DNA of 17,616 nucleotides from a bacterium (GTDB lineage Bacteria; Patescibacteriota; Patescibacteriia; UBA1558; S5-K13): NCBI GenBank assembly GCA_029555085.1, contig JAKPTO010000017.1, positions 1 to 17,616 of the forward strand, read 5' to 3'. Shown piece by piece: positions 15,628 to 17,616 of this stretch (position 1 is its first letter; each line of letters starts with the position of its first letter). The notes under the pieces were generated by a model. It saw only the letters and a program-made list of their open reading frames with translations, ran no database searches and was not told where the DNA came from. The position numbers and the translations under genes were made by a program.

Positions 15628-17607
15628 TTATTCTACAGAAAGCTTATATTCTGGAAAAACATCAGCAACAATTTGCCTAGATATTGACCTTGGCTCAACA
15701 CCAAATTTCTGGCTTTCACCAAAGATAACTATCCTTTTATTTTGTTCATCTATTTGTAGCCATCCACCACCTAAAGCTTTAAGATCGTATTTTGTAGCAA
15801 TATCTGCATGTTCTCCAAGAGTAGAATCAAAAACAAACTTTAAATTATCATCCTTTGTTGTACCCATGATAAACTTACCTTTCATCCCCACACTTACTCT
15901 TACTTCCATATCATCAAAAAACTTAACACCCTTTTTTCCATGAAATACAACATTAATTGAAGAATCATTGATTGTTATGGTTTTTTCAATATCTAATATT
16001 TCATTCTTTGGAACTTCTAAATATTTTAGATAATCCATTTTAGCAACATCTTTGTATGTTAAATTAGATCCAATTTCCTGGAGCATTTCAAGAAATTTGT
16101 CTCTTCGAGAATCAACATGTCCCATTTCCGTATTATGAACCATTCCAATATACGCTCTCTCTATTAATTCTTTAACATTTTCTAATTCAATTCCGTTTGA
16201 TTGTGCAATTTGTTGTACTTCTTCTATATTCTCCGCATCTAAAGAGTCTTCGCCGAATGCCACACAAAGATTTTCAAATGCTTGTTGTATAATTTCTTTT
16301 TTAATTTCAATTTTTATCCCAAGTTTTTCAGCGGCTTTTAAATTTCTAGAGATATGATAAGCAGCCAGTCCACCTTGTGTTTTATCGGAGGCCTCTGCAT
16401 CAAAAATTTTTTGAAACGAATCTTGTATTTCAAGTTTTATGCCTCTTTCCTTGGCAAATTCTTCTATTTCTTTTAATTTATCGGTTTTATCCCATTGAGC
16501 ATTGTAACAGTATATTTCCTGAAGTTTGTCTTGTGTTGTTTTTCCAAGTTTTATGCCTCTTTCCTTGGCAAATTCTTCTATTTCTTGTATTTCACTAATG
16601 TTATTAGCACTATCAAATATTTCCCGAATCCTGTCCTGTGTTGTTTTTCCAAGTTTTATGCCTCTTTCCTTGGCAAATTCTTCTATTTCTTGTATTTCAC
16701 TAATGTTATTAGCACTATCAAATATTTCCCGAATCCTGTCCTGTGTTGCTTTTCCAAATTCTATATTCATATCTCTTTCCTTGGCAAATTCTTCTATTTC
16801 TTGCATTTTACTAATTTCATTAGCATTATCATATATTTCTTGAAATCTGGCTTGTGTTGCTTTTCCAAATTCTATATTCATACCCCTTTCCTTGGCAAAT
16901 TCTTCTATCTTTTGCATTTCACTAATTTCATTAGCATTATCATATATTTCTTGAAGTCTAGTTTGCGTTGCTTTTCCAAATTCTATATTCATACCCCTTT
17001 CCTTGGCAAAATTTTCTATTGCTTGCATTTTACTATTAGCATTATCATATATTTCTTGAAATCTGGCTTGTGTTGCTTTTCCAAATTCTATATTCATACC
17101 CCTTTCCTTGGCAAATTCTTCTATCTTTTGCATTTCACTAATTTCATTAGCATTATCATATATATCTTGAAGTTTGTCTTGTGTTATTTTAAATTCTATA
17201 TTCATACCCCTTTCCTTGGCAAAATTTTCTATTTTTTTTAAATTCTCAAAACCATTATAACCAAACATACCATAAATTGCTCTTTCAAAAGCCAATTGTA
17301 AAGATTTGCTATCCGGAACTAATTCTAAATTCTTTTTATCTGCTAATTCAATTACCTTTTCTACATCCTCAAATGTATTATTTTCAAGTAATTGATTATA
17401 TGCTCTTTGAAGCACCTCTGGTTCTGAATTTTTTTCTAAATTTATAAGTTCAATACTTTTACCATCTTGAAGCAGAAAATACCCATTATTTATAAATATT
17501 TCTTTTTTTTCGATATTTTCCTGCTTTTCTTGTTTTGCTTTTTCTTGAATTTCCCCCTTTGATTGCTCTAAATTTTTCTTATTAAATATTTGTTCAAAAA
17601 ATTTCAT
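15628..17607 (-). CDS. Helical repeat protein with C-terminal Janus/Ocnus (PHPT1-like phosphohistidine phosphatase) domain
   Basis: 659-aa ORF. The last ~93 aa carry K-F, HADI, LGGG, K.I.IFGES.KFG and FPEY in the order seen in PHPT1/Janus proteins. The start is only 9 nt from the window edge. Confidence 0.8.
   Translation of the reverse strand: MKFFEQIFNKKNLEQSKGEIQEKAKQEKQENIEKKEIFINNGYFLLQDGKSIELINLEKNSEPEVLQRAYNQLLENNTFEDVEKVIELADKKNLELVPDSKSLQLAFERAIYGMFGYNGFENLKKIENFAKERGMNIEFKITQDKLQDIYDNANEISEMQKIEEFAKERGMNIEFGKATQARFQEIYDNANSKMQAIENFAKERGMNIEFGKATQTRLQEIYDNANEISEMQKIEEFAKERGMNIEFGKATQARFQEIYDNANEISKMQEIEEFAKERDMNIEFGKATQDRIREIFDSANNISEIQEIEEFAKERGIKLGKTTQDRIREIFDSANNISEIQEIEEFAKERGIKLGKTTQDKLQEIYCYNAQWDKTDKLKEIEEFAKERGIKLEIQDSFQKIFDAEASDKTQGGLAAYHISRNLKAAEKLGIKIEIKKEIIQQAFENLCVAFGEDSLDAENIEEVQQIAQSNGIELENVKELIERAYIGMVHNTEMGHVDSRRDKFLEMLQEIGSNLTYKDVAKMDYLKYLEVPKNEILDIEKTITINDSSINVVFHGKKGVKFFDDMEVRVSVGMKGKFIMGTTKDDNLKFVFDSTLGEHADIATKYDLKALGGGWLQIDEQNKRIVIFGESQKFGVEPRSISRQIVADVFPEYKLSVE
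16426..17247 (-). repeat. Coding tandem repeat, 105/111-bp units (35/37 aa), 8 FAKER copies
   Basis: Consensus TQxRxQEIYDNANEISxMQxIEEFAKERG(MNIEF/IKL)GK; includes an exact 105-bp duplication 16532-16636 / 16637-16741. Confidence 0.97.
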
Positions 17608-17616
17608 ATTTTTAGT

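Noticed and set aside
16377-17241. Three plus-strand ORFs (73, 248 and 105 aa) with repeats
   Set aside because: Antisense shadows of the coding repeat; stop-free frames are propagated by duplication.
14591-17247. DNA repeats as a CRISPR array or DGR template/variable repeats
   Set aside because: Units are in-frame and protein-coding, with no unique equal-length spacers, no cas or reverse transcriptase gene in the window, and differences are not adenine-specific.

Overview
AT-rich bacterial window, almost all genes on the minus strand. Gene content (DUF5671-type protein, SurA_N-only protein, archaeal/eukaryotic-type ProRS) and the lack of clear Shine-Dalgarno motifs before the ribosomal genes suggest a Patescibacteria/CPR (Parcubacteria-like) genome; this is inference. 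Left: secE-nusG-rplK-(inserted DUF5671-like membrane gene)-rplA (truncated), with a candidate L1-binding leader. Middle: beta-propeller protein, atypical P-IIA ATPase divergent from a CaCA antiporter, DUF2207, SurA_N protein and proS. Right: a two-gene accessory cassette of large helical tandem-repeat proteins, each ending in a different putative enzymatic domain. One is a Janus/Ocnus (PHPT1-like phosphohistidine phosphatase) domain with good motif support; the other is a possible ADP-ribosyltransferase-like domain (tentative). This cassette is the best candidate for an undescribed modular effector system. No rRNA, tRNA, CRISPR array or transposase was seen.
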